Assembly: GCA_963665115.1 (NCBI GenBank)
Contig: OY762007.1
Span: 6,432,001-6,496,000, forward strand
DNA length: 64,000 bases
DNA from: an uncultured Rivularia sp.
GTDB lineage: Bacteria > Cyanobacteriota > Cyanobacteriia > Cyanobacteriales > Nostocaceae
Direction of reading: 5' to 3'
Within the stretch, counting starts at the first letter, position 1. Each line of letters begins with the position of its first letter. Positions 21,101 through 31,437 of this stretch are shown one piece after another. The notes beneath the pieces are model-generated. The model searched no databases, was not told the origin of the DNA, and saw only the letters and a program-made list of their open reading frames with translations. The translations under genes and the position numbers were made by a program.

Positions 21101-24100
21101 GCCCAAACCCTGTCAGCGTTAATGTTATTATTACTTTCGCCACCAGTTACATATATTTTTTCTACATCTTCAAGTCTATCGCTAGCTATTTGCTTTCCTC
21201 CGTCGGCTGTATAACTTTCAAGCCTGCCGTTATATTCTCCCGAAGAAGAATAGGAAGATCGTGAAAACCTAAAGTTAGCATCTGCGGTTTCTCGAACCGT
21301 ATCAATACCTTCTCCACCATCAAGGGTATCATCTCCTTCACCACCACTTAAGATATCATTTCCATCGCCACCTTCAAGGAAATCTTCACCTTCACCACCA
21401 CTGAGCGTATCATTACCGCGTCCCCCAGCTAATGAATCATTACCACCTTTTCCGGAAAGATTTACACTTCCATTAAACTTTTCAACATTAATTTTGTTAT
21501 CGCTTTCACCACCAGTTAAGGATAATCTTTCAATGCCGTACAACCTGTCAGTACCTAATCTTTCTCTTGTATTAGCCGCATAGGCATAAAGGTATGCCGT
21601 ATAACTTCCTGATGTTGACAACCGAAAGTCAGCATCTACGGTTTCTCGAACCGTATCAATTCCTTCTCCACCTTCAATACTATCGCTACCTTCACCACCA
21701 CTGAGAGTATCATTGCCGCGACCGCCAACAAGAGTATCTTGTTCTCCACCACCGGAAAGATAAACATTTCCACTAAATTCTTTAGCGTCAATTCTGTTAC
21801 GGTTGTTACCTCCCCTTAATACAGCACGTTCAATACTTTCTAACTGATTAATCTCAGTGCTTCTACTGCTAGAACTATCAATTCTAAGTTGTCGATCATC
21901 TAATCGGAAATTACCATCCCTAGTTTCTCGAATCGTGTCAATACCTTCTCCACCATCAAGAGTATCGCCACCACCCATTCCGTAAATATTGTCATTCCCT
22001 TCTTTACCTTGAATAGTTTCAGCTTCTGGGGTTCCGTATAATTTATCGTTTTCAGAAGTACCTTCAACATTAGTACCTTGGACATCATTAAGCTTAATTG
22101 CGATTGATGAGAATTTACTCGCATCTTGCCCATCACTAACGCTTACTCCTATCCAAGAATCGCGTATTACTTCATAATTAAGGTCATCGCTATCGTTGAC
22201 AGTAATTTCTCCGGTAGTAGCGTTTATCGCAAAAGGGTTTCTACCGTCGCGATCTAAATCGTGTTTTGAATTGTTATCACTTTTCCAATCTGAGAAATCA
22301 GTAGTTCCTTCTGGATCTGTGGCTGTCAAAGTACCTACAACAGTTCCTTTCTCAGCATTCTCATCAACACTCAAAAGTAATCTATCAATTATAGGAGCAT
22401 CGTTAATAGCAGTTATGCTGATAGTCTTGCTTACTGCTTCACTACTACCACCTTGTCCGTCAGTTACGATAAATTCAAGATTGCGTTCGGTAGTATCGGG
22501 ATTGTCTGAAACGTTTTGATAAGTGATATTCCGTAATAATTCTTGGACTGCGGTAGGAGTAGCGTTTTCATTTAAACTAACGGCTAATTCTTCCGTACCA
22601 GTACCGCCGCTAAAGGTTCCGATTTCAACATCACCATATTTAACTATTGTGTTATCAACGTTGATTTGAGTGGCTTCAGTACCTTGATTGCGGATTGATA
22701 AACGGTCATTTTCAGTACTACCGGATGTGAAGCGAACCGTTAAAGTACCATTGTTAAAGTTGGGTGAGTCGATATCCGTGACGGTTGCTTGAGCGTCGAT
22801 GATTTGGAGAGCGTTTTCGGTGTAGTTGAGGGTGTTATTTGTAATTGCGATTGAGGGGTTTTCGTTAGGATTTATTTGATATCTAGCAATTGCAGAATCA
22901 CCATTCGCTTCTCCTACCACAACTATTCTACCGTCAGATTGTAGCGCGACACTATTTGCTCTATCATCACCACCACCAATATCTGTTAAAGTTATACCGT
23001 TGTCGCCAAAACTATTATCTAAACTTCCATCCGGGTTGTAACGAACTACAGCAAAATCCCAGGTATTTGATGTTTGAGTATAATCGTTAATATTAGCTAC
23101 TCCAACAATGTTTCCATCTGGCTGAATAACAATTTTGCTAATTGAGCTGCCACCAACAACATCGGTAGTAACAATTCCTCCATTTCCAAACTGGGAATCC
23201 ATACTACCGTCATCGTTATAACGTACTAAGGCAAAATCGCTACCAGCACGTCCCTGCTAAAATGACTTTTCCATCAGCTTGAACCGCCATAGTAAAAGCA
23301 TTTTCATACGGGCTATTTTTTATTGAAGTTATAACCTTACCACTATCACCGAAACTGTTATCTAAACTTCCATCGGAATTGTATCGTACCAAAGCAAACT
23401 TAGAACTACTGTTCTCTTGGATATAGCCACCAGCAACAATTTTACCGTCTGGTAAAACAGCAACACTTTTTATAATGTCAAAATCACTGCCAAGCTCGGT
23501 AGTAACTTTACCACCACTACCAAAACTATCATCCAAACTACCGTCAGCGTTGTAACGTACTAAAGCAAAATCTTGACTGGGATCTCCGTTGTTGCTGTAG
23601 TAAGCGCCACCAAGAATTATTTTGCCATCAGGTTGCAAAGCAATACTATTAGCTTTATCCGTCCAAGTACCAACAGCAGTGGTAATTACACCGTTACCGC
23701 CAAAGCTCGTTGTAGGAGTACCATCAGTATTAAACTGAGCTAATAAAAAGTCAACATAGCCACCAGTAGTACTATTTACCGAACCTGCAATTAAAATATT
23801 TCCATTCGGTGAGATAATAAGACTACCTTCGGAACTAAATGTATGCTCAATCTGAGTCATAACCTTACCACCATCGCCAAATGTGGTATCCAAGGTACCG
23901 TCTACGTTATATCTAGTTAAGGTATATTGATTCTCGGAATTACTACCTATATTGACTGAACCTAAAACTACTATTTTCCCATCCGCTTGGATTGCAACAT
24001 CATTAGCTCTATCCCCATCAGTACTCAAAGCAGTAATTACCTTACCACCGTCACCAAATGTAGCATCCAAATCCCCTGGATCGAAAACTCCACTATATTC

Positions 24101-24595
24101 AGCAAGCGTATCTTGCTCAAATACCAAACTAATATCTTTCTCTACCGCAAAATCCTTTCCAACTCTAACCTCTAATTCCCAATTTGCCCCAAGTTCAGCA
24201 TTACCCGTCTTAGTCTTAGAAGCAGCAATATTCGCACCAGTTAAACGATGCAATTTCTCAATAAACTCTTCACCAGCATCTCCAGCAGCAACGTTACAAC
24301 CGTAAAGAAGAAAGTTGTTAGAACACCAATTATCTAACTGTTGCTTGTAATATTCCAGATTTCCCAGACTTAACTCGCTATTACCCAAATAAAGACAGCC
24401 GGGTGAACCATGAGAAACGATATGAACGGTTTCAACTCCACTTCTTTTTGCAAGTACCTCGGTAATTTGTTCTATCCCATCGCGCTTGGAATCAAGGACA
24501 ACTTTTTCAATATCTACTACAACTCCTTCAAGTAGAAAGTCATAGTTATCAACTGAAGAGTCAATGAAAAGAATGTTTGTAGTATTGTTATTCAT
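15181..24595 (-). CDS. Giant secreted/surface protein (~3,137 aa): DUF4347 - delta-60 repeats - cadherin-like domains - 22 RTX-containing ~100-aa repeats; frameshift at 23252-23254
   Basis: N-terminal LFIDSSV...HIVSHGSPG...LLYGCNVAAG (DUF4347); DFALVRYNxDGSLDxSFGxGG repeats; NDAP/VDENA cadherin; many GGxGND nonamers. Deleting one C joins the two ORFs (AGRAGSDFALVRYNDDGSMDS). Confidence 0.88.
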
Positions 24596-24959
24596 GTTTT
24601 GTTCTATTGATTTATTAAAAAAGTTGTACTTGCCTTTTTGTTATTTTCTTTTAACCATCACTGCAAAATTCCAGCCTGAATGCTAATAACTTAGCAATTT
24701 GTATCGCTCAGTTATGAATACAGCAACAATCATTAAATAATCGTCAAAAAAATATTTTTATTATCTATTAACTATTGTCCGGATTAATTATGCTTATTTC
24801 AACGATGAAATTTCTGAACTATTTAAAAAAGAAGCTTGAAGAGGAATCAATTAAATGTAGTTTCATCGGTTTATACTTAGATAATCGCGATTAAAATGCT
24901 GAATGCTAAACATACGCAAATTATAGTTAACTTAAGTATATTCATGCAGCCAAAAATAA

Positions 24960-24984
24960 AGACGCTGTATTACAACGTCTCTAC
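24960..24984 (-). repeat. GTAG-type REP-like palindrome
   Basis: agacgctgtattacaacgtctctac. Confidence 0.7.
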
Positions 24985-25005
24985 ATCAAAATTACCTATT
25001 ACCTA

Positions 25006-26130
25006 TTACCCATTCCCCTGCATATCGGCGGCGTTAACAAAATTGTCTGGTGTGTCAATTGCAGGAAGCTGAATTACTTGCTCAACAGTTGGTCTTTTTT
25101 CTATCTTAAATTCATCAAGTTTTACCGGCTTTCCTGTCTGTGCTGATTCAAGAATCGCACGAATAATACGCACATCTGCTAAACCTTCTCTTCCACAAGG
25201 TTCGGGTTCTTTATTATTCAACACGCAATCGGAAAAATATTGAATTTCTGCACCAAATTGATCGCCAGCAGGATATGATTGCTCTTGTTTTTCACCGTCT
25301 ACAGTAATTTCTTGCTTCAAATCACCTGCATAGGTATAAGCGCTATCCATTCGTAAGTCGCCTTTTGTTCCTACTACTCGCAAGGTTGCTGTAGAAGCAG
25401 CACCAAAACTACTTGTAAAATGTGCCAATCTTTCTTTAGGAAAACGCATCGAAACGCTTGTCATTTCATCAACTTTTTCAAAGCGTTTTTCTCCGTTATT
25501 AGCAATGAAAGCAAATACTTCTGTAGGCTCATCTTGAAATAAGTAACGAACTGCATTAATACAGTAAATACCCATATCATAAAATGAACCGCCACCGTTT
25601 TCAAGTGGTTCTCTTAATCTTACGTTTCCTTCAGCAACCTGTTGCGAAAATACGGAATCAAAGAAACGAAGTTCGCCAATTTTTCCTGACTGAACTATTT
25701 TGACTGCTTCCATATTTGCTTTATCAAAGTGCAGACGATAAGCAATCATTAATTTGACGTTGTTTTCTTTAGCAGCGTTAATCATCTGCTTGCATTCGTC
25801 TTCGGTTATAGCCATTGGCTTTTCACAAAGTACGTGTACACCTACTTTAGCTGCTCTTTCTGTATGTTCGAGATGCAGATGGTTTGGAGAGCCGATGTAT
25901 ACTGCATCAATATTTTCTTTTTTCAAACATTCTTCGTATTGTTCGTAACTGTAAGTAGGAACGTTATACTTTTTACCAAGTTTTTCCTGTTTGGTTTCAT
26001 CTCCAGAAATTAATGCAGCTAATTCAGAGTTTTCGGTGTTAACAAATGCTGGTAAAACGTCTTCTTGAACAATCCATCCCAATGCAACAACTGCATAGCG
26101 TATTTTCTTTTTACCGTTTTGTGTCGCCAT
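25006..26130 (-). CDS. Gfo/Idh/MocA family oxidoreductase (glucose-fructose oxidoreductase-like)
   Basis: IRYAVVALGWI Rossmann-like start, HVLCEKPMA, AYRLHF, GGGSFYDMGIYC. Confidence 0.9.
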   Translation of the reverse strand: MATQNGKKKIRYAVVALGWIVQEDVLPAFVNTENSELAALISGDETKQEKLGKKYNVPTYSYEQYEECLKKENIDAVYIGSPNHLHLEHTERAAKVGVHVLCEKPMAITEDECKQMINAAKENNVKLMIAYRLHFDKANMEAVKIVQSGKIGELRFFDSVFSQQVAEGNVRLREPLENGGGSFYDMGIYCINAVRYLFQDEPTEVFAFIANNGEKRFEKVDEMTSVSMRFPKERLAHFTSSFGAASTATLRVVGTKGDLRMDSAYTYAGDLKQEITVDGEKQEQSYPAGDQFGAEIQYFSDCVLNNKEPEPCGREGLADVRIIRAILESAQTGKPVKLDEFKIEKRPTVEQVIQLPAIDTPDNFVNAADMQGNG

Positions 26131-26545
26131 AATTGTTTACCTATTTTTAGAAATTTGTGTAGAAGCGGTTTGAATAAGATTTTACTAATGCTTATATCAA
26201 TAGATTTTTCTACTTCTGCGCTTTAATCTAAACACTTAAGCGTGTTGCATCCATCTTCCTAGCGATTGAAAACAGTTCAAGCATACTTTCTGTCTACAGA
26301 GGAAGCGTAAAAGTACAGTTGATGATATGGCTTTGACAGCAATCAAAACTAAAGCTGGTATTCGTTGAAAACCCTATACTTATTAAGTCTGCGGTTATAC
26401 CAGCGAAAAAAAATGAAGAAATTAGACGCTCAAATTATTCGGTGCCGGTGGTGGCAGTGGCGATAGTTGGTAAAATATAATGTTTATCAACTTGTTATTA
26501 CGAATAAAGTTTCCGTATCATAACAAATTTATTCATTTTAATGAT

Positions 26546-26830
26546 ATCTTGCATCATTCTTAACAACTGCCTTAGAATGAATTGAATTCTTAGGCTCATA
26601 TACAAAGTCAGATAAATCTTACTTCTTGCACCATTCTTAACAACCACCTTAGAATAAATTCTCAGGCTTATATACAAAGTCATCTCAAGATGACTGAGTA
26701 GGGCTTTTAGTGCTTAACGCACTTTGTATGTTAGGCTTGAAATTGGTTTCTCTGCGTTCACGCGGAGCGTGCGGGCTAGAAAGCTTCCGGCTTACAAGGC
26801 GGTTGTGAATGCTAACTGCAAATGGTGCAA
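26546..26830. mobile_element. MITE/REPIN-like element (TCTTGCACCA family, 26624-26830) with a partial tandem copy of its left arm (26546-26610)
   Basis: ttgcaccatt...aatggtgcaa terminal IR, internal IR ggcttatatacaaagt/actttgtatgttaggc; homologous to 34864-35088. Confidence 0.65.
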
Positions 26831-27203
26831 ATTTTAGTTCTATTTGAAAGTCATTTTAAATAAAAAACAGATGGTTGGTGGTGAAAGCAACTTTTATTTC
26901 TAGCGATAATTCTAAAACTTTAGCAATTAGGTTTCACTTAGATACTCCCGGCTCAATTCTTCTTCCCCAACCAAGGCTTGAAAATAACGTTCCTATTCGT
27001 ATCGTGGGAACATCTTCTTTAAACAACTAAAACTCTAAAGCAAAAAGGGAAGACAATTACCAATGAACAATGAACAATTATTAATTTTTATTGATAATTG
27101 ATTATTGATGACTGATAATTGACCTACCACAATGCTCAATTAACTTATTCTTGCGAAAACCAAGAAAATTTTAGACAATATGAGACAACTTTGTTTATTG
27201 TCT

Positions 27204-27392
27204 TTAGTATTTAAAGCGTCTCTTGCGCTGCTTGGATCTGGCGATCGCCTTGCGCTTATGTTTTTGTAGAGGCGTTTCAAAGTGACGATGCTTCTTGATA
27301 TCGGGCATGATGCCAGCTTTAGAAACTTCGCGCTTGAATCTACGCAATGCTGATTCGATTCCTTCGTTTTCGCCTACAACTATTTGGGTCAT
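27204..27392 (-). CDS. rpsU: 30S ribosomal protein S21
   Basis: [28 protein letters not shown]...HFETP; RBS GGAG upstream of ATG 27392. Confidence 0.95.
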   Translation of the reverse strand: MTQIVVGENEGIESALRRFKREVSKAGIMPDIKKHRHFETPLQKHKRKAIARSKQRKRRFKY

Positions 27393-27470
27393 TCTTTCTC
27401 CTAATTTAAGGTTACGCTGTCGGGTATAACAATTAATGCTCAAGTGTCAAGATTAGCATTAACCGCGAGC

Positions 27471-27499
27471 AAAAAAGGGCAAACTAATTGTATGCCCTT
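27471..27499 (-). terminator. Probable intrinsic terminator downstream of rbp
   Basis: aagggca/tgccctt stem with a T-tract on the minus strand. Confidence 0.5.
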
Positions 27500-27569
27500 A
27501 ATACTCAAAAGTTAAATAATGTTTCAATCGAGTAAGGTAATGTCTATTATATCGTTCGACATTATTCAC

Positions 27570-27851
27570 TTACCACCTACCACCGCCACCACCGGAAGCA
27601 CTTCTTTCTGGTTTTGGCTTAGCTTTATTTACTCGTAGACTGCGCCCCATCCATTCAGCGCCATCAAGGGATTCTATTGCTGTAGCTTCTTCTGCATCAG
27701 AACCCATTTCAATAAATGCAAAACCTCTAACACGCCCTGCTTCCCGATCCATTGGTAAATAAATACTTTTTACTTCTCCATATTCGAGGAAGATTTGCTT
27801 TAGCTCATCTTCCACAACCTCATAAGAGAGATTGCCTACGTAAATCGACAT
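27570..27851 (-). CDS. rbp: RRM RNA-binding protein (cyanobacterial Rbp family)
   Basis: RNP2 IYVGNL, RNP1 RGFAFIEM, Gly-rich tail; upstream of rpsU as in the Anabaena rbpA1-rpsU operon. Confidence 0.95.
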   Translation of the reverse strand: MSIYVGNLSYEVVEDELKQIFLEYGEVKSIYLPMDREAGRVRGFAFIEMGSDAEEATAIESLDGAEWMGRSLRVNKAKPKPERSASGGGGGRW

Positions 27852-27856
27852 ACAAC

Positions 27857-27937
27857 GTCTCCAGAATTAACAATGTGATGAGATTTACATCCGGAGAAGT
27901 CTGCAATACATAATCAAACAAACTGAACCACCGAACT
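27857..27937 (-). promoter_or_regulatory. Conserved 5'-UTR boxes of cold-inducible rbp genes
   Basis: Minus strand reads TTCGGTGG...TTTGTTTG...TCTCCGGA...TTCTGGAGA, resembling rbp boxes III, II, I and RBS; box I is complementary to the RBS. Confidence 0.6.
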
Positions 27938-28110
27938 CAATCTTATGCCTTATACCATAACATAAATAGTACGGCTCTGTTGCTTCGATATAGTCCTGTT
28001 GTCATCCGCATTTGAACGGAAAATTCTGCTTTATCAAGGAAAATGCTAAATATCAATACTCGCGGCAATTCTTAAATGATAATTTAGATTTTCATCAACT
28101 TTGAAGATAA

Positions 28111-28222
28111 ATTTTATTTTAGATTTTAGATTTTGCGGAAAGTTGAGCAAGTAGGGTGTTTAGTTCCTTAAACTTTCCTGCACCAGATTGGGGATTTTGA
28201 ATTATCATCCCCAATCCAAAAT
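28111..28222 (-). repeat. AAAATCC-STRR-flanked hairpin repeat (ggaaagtt...aactttcc family)
   Basis: Diverged reverse copy of the elements at 41289-41369 and 56229-56307. Confidence 0.6.
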
Positions 28223-28233
28223 CCGTTGGGGAT

Positions 28234-29497
28234 TTAACCTGCAACCTGCTTCATCACTTCATCAACTATCTGCAAAGCAGCATCTACTTGTGTTTCCGTA
28301 ACAATTAACGGTGGAACAAAACGAACAACTTTCTTACCTGCTGGAACTAATAGTAACCCTTCTTCTATCGCAGCTTTAACTACATCAATAGCATTTAACT
28401 CAATATCTGCTTGCAATTCCATTCCGTTAATTAAACCCCAACCGCGTACTTCGGCAATATGTTCGGGATATTTTGCAGCAATCTTTTGTAAGCCTTGCCG
28501 CAGTTGTTCGCCTCTTTTTTGTACGTTTTCGAGAATATTTTCCTTCTTTAAACTATGACAGACGGCGATCGCCACGGCGCAAGCAAATGGATTACCACCG
28601 AAGGTACTAGCGTGTTTCTCCTGCTTCAAGTACGTTACAGAATTTCTTTGCCATCATCGCACCAATGGGCACACCACCACCTAAACCTTTGGCGCTGGTG
28701 AAAATGTCTGGCTCAACTCCAAGGTATTCGTAACCCCACAATTTACCAGTACGCCCCATTCCCACCTGTACTTCATCAAAAATTAGTAGGATGCCCGTCT
28801 CATCGCAAATCGAACGCAGCTTTTGAAAATATTTTACATCTCCTGGACGAACACCGCCTTCTCCTTGTAACGGTTCTAACAAGATAGCACTGACACCATA
28901 ATCACCTTCATCCAACTCGCTAATTGCTGCTTCTACCGCATCAATATCGTTATAGGGTACGTAATGAAATCCGGGTACTAAAGGTTTAAAGTTTTTGTGA
29001 TACTTCGGTTGTCCTGTCGCGGTAATTGTTGCTAAAGTGCGTCCGTGGAAACTATCTTTTGCCGTTAAAATAATCGGTTTATCGATATCTAAAACGCTAT
29101 GAGCGTATTTTCGCGCCAATTTAATCGCCGCTTCGTTTGCTTCGGCACCGGAATTGCAGAAAAATACTTTATCGGCACAGGAATTATCAACTATCCAACG
29201 CGCCAATTCTCCCTGTTCGGGAATGTAATATAAATTTGAAACGTGGTGTATTTTTTGAATTTGTCGGGTTATAGCCTCTATCAATGCCGGATGGGCGTGT
29301 CCCAAGGTACAGGTAGCAATTCCCGCAACAAAATCTAAATATTCTTTTCCTTCAGTATCCCACAAACGGCATCCAACGCCTTTCTCTAAGGCTATAGGAA
29401 AACGTCCGTAAGTGGACATGACAACTTCATCAAAGCTTTCTTTATTAAAAGGGGTAGATGATGCGTTGGCTTGTTGAACAAGAGTCTCAATGCTCAC
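28234..29497 (-). CDS. argD: Acetylornithine aminotransferase (~420 aa); frameshift at 28615-28617
   Basis: FFCNSGAEANE, SFHGRT, EPLQGEGG, IFDEVQVGMGRTG, AKGLGGG. Removing one base joins GE-HASTFGGNP. Confidence 0.93.
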
Positions 29498-29671
29498 GGC
29501 TTAACTCCTGAAAATAAGTATATTTACACAACTTTAATCAGTTAAGGGAAAGAGAATGCTTACAAAAAGTAACTACATCCATTTCACCAAAACAGCAAAA
29601 ACTTTCTTAATGCAAGAAGTTTATATTGTAGTGTGTTTTACTTTTTTTGGAAATACATTGCTAAGGGATAA

Positions 29672-30667
29672 TTAATCATCCCAAATGGGCAACCGATCGA
29701 CTTTATCTAACAATACACCAACATAAGTGGTTGCACTACTTTCTACCGCTTCAGTACTAAAGTAACCATTTACACCATCATGAGTATGCGAACCTGTTTC
29801 CACTACCTGATAACGTCCCTGGCGTACTGCTTGAATAAAAGGAGAATTTACCATCCAAGACCAGCGATCGGCAAATATAATTTTAGTAACATCTTCAACC
29901 CAATCTCGGCTACCTCGCAGGTGATATACTTTTTCAACTTTGTTAAATCCTGTTTCACCATCGAAACTACCCCCAACGGAAACTAATATTAACCGTGTAT
30001 TTAACCATTTGTCTAAATACTCTACTGCACCTAAAGATACTTGCGCTCCTCCACTGGTACCGATAAGGATAATTTTTATAGGTTGTTCGGATGTTGTATT
30101 TATAGGAGATGCAGCGTTCATACGTTCTGCGATCGCGTTCGCAATTCCCAAGTTATAAACCGAACCATAGCGACTATCGGCGGAAATAGCAAAACGCCAC
30201 AAATTACGAATTTTGATCAACACATCTGCATTTTTCAACCAACCTTGTCCTTTAGAAGCAAAACGCCATACAGGTGCTAAGAAACGCTGTGCCCCCAAAC
30301 TTTTATTTGCTGCCGAATAAGGAAATACATCATCTACAATTGCACATTGGGCATGAAGTTTTGCTAATTTATTGAGAAATATTTCTTCTCCTGGAGTTAA
30401 TTCGTTAGCGGAAAAGTCTCCAACTCCGGGGAGAAAGATGATATAGCAGTTTTTATCTCCAGCATTAGCTAAACTATTACTTTTAATTAAATCTGGAGTC
30501 GGATTTATATCAAATCCCAAAGCTTGAGTACCCGTACTTAACCACCAAGATAAAGTGCCTACCGGAGCAGTAATTCCCCAAACAATTAATAATATACCTG
30601 CGAAAATTAATAACTTCAAAGTTTCTCCCCGCAGCCATCGCAAAACCTGTTGGATGATTTTTAACAT
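29672..30667 (-). CDS. Membrane-anchored hypothetical protein, alpha/beta-hydrolase-like
   Basis: N-terminal TM segment, IFLPGVG oxyanion-like loop, nucleophile elbow IGTSGGAQ. Confidence 0.7.
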   Translation of the reverse strand: MLKIIQQVLRWLRGETLKLLIFAGILLIVWGITAPVGTLSWWLSTGTQALGFDINPTPDLIKSNSLANAGDKNCYIIFLPGVGDFSANELTPGEEIFLNKLAKLHAQCAIVDDVFPYSAANKSLGAQRFLAPVWRFASKGQGWLKNADVLIKIRNLWRFAISADSRYGSVYNLGIANAIAERMNAASPINTTSEQPIKIILIGTSGGAQVSLGAVEYLDKWLNTRLILVSVGGSFDGETGFNKVEKVYHLRGSRDWVEDVTKIIFADRWSWMVNSPFIQAVRQGRYQVVETGSHTHDGVNGYFSTEAVESSATTYVGVLLDKVDRLPIWDD

Positions 30668-30760
30668 TTTATATAATAAACAAATATATGTTCGCAGAAT
30701 ATTGCATATTCAACAATACTCGATTATATTCAAAATTTCAGCAACGTCTAACGAAATAAT

Positions 30761-31336
30761 ATGAATGCGACTCAAAATACATCCAGATGGCAATTATTAT
30801 ATACAATTAAAAATGCTTTACTTTTAAACGAGCAGCTTTACGATAATGCCTGTAATACACCTTTCAATAATCAATTAGCTTTAACTATTGTCATCTTAGC
30901 TGGTGTTTCTCATGCTCTAGGCAGTATTTTTATATTATTAATAAATCGAGCATCAATTTATTTATTATTATTGGCGCTTTTAATTGATGCTCTTTCGATA
31001 ATTATCGGATATTATGTTTGGACTTTGACTATTTGGAAAGTTGGGCAATGGATAAAGTCAATAGATCCAACATTTCGGAGTTTATTAAGTCCAATTGGCT
31101 TTGCTTATGCACCTCAAATATTAAACTTTCTCACTTTAATTCCCTTACTAGGAAGACCAATTGAATTAGTGTTAGCATTATGGAGTCTTTTAGCAGTAAT
31201 TGTAGCGACTACTCAAGCCCTAGATATTACTACCCGTAAAGCAGGCTTAATTTGTTTAATTGCTTGGCCATTAATTCAAATTGCCGTAGGTTTTATTCAA
31301 GTTTTGGAACAGAAAGTAGTCCAATTTGCTAATTAG
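30761..31336 (+). CDS. YIP1-like multi-pass membrane protein
   Basis: Five hydrophobic segments, GFAYAPQ motif. Confidence 0.7.
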   Translation: MNATQNTSRWQLLYTIKNALLLNEQLYDNACNTPFNNQLALTIVILAGVSHALGSIFILLINRASIYLLLLALLIDALSIIIGYYVWTLTIWKVGQWIKSIDPTFRSLLSPIGFAYAPQILNFLTLIPLLGRPIELVLALWSLLAVIVATTQALDITTRKAGLICLIAWPLIQIAVGFIQVLEQKVVQFAN

Positions 31337-31392
31337 GGGATTGGGCATTGGGCATTGGTAATTGGTAATTGGTAATTGGTAATTGGTAATTG
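31336..31392 (+). repeat. STRR heptamer array (GGGCATT/GGTAATT)
   Basis: Eight tandem heptamers between convergent genes. Confidence 0.85.
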
Positions 31393-31437
31393 AAAAAGGA
31401 AGTAATTAACATAGCAAGTATGGATAAATCCAAAAAA

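Noticed and set aside
15181..22000. Variable repeats as DGR template/variable regions
   Set aside because: No reverse transcriptase in the window, and differences include indels and are not adenine-specific
16364..24305. Many plus-strand Pro/Ser/Leu-rich ORFs
   Set aside because: Antisense shadows of the Gly/Asp-rich RTX gene
26546..26682. Two ~78-bp-spaced repeats as a CRISPR array
   Set aside because: Only two degenerate copies, no unique spacers and no cas genes; explained as a duplicated MITE arm
28607..28629. Programmed ribosomal frameshifting or true pseudogenisation of argD and the six other split genes
   Set aside because: No slippery heptamer or stimulatory structure, both halves are otherwise intact, and the shared context points to sequencing error
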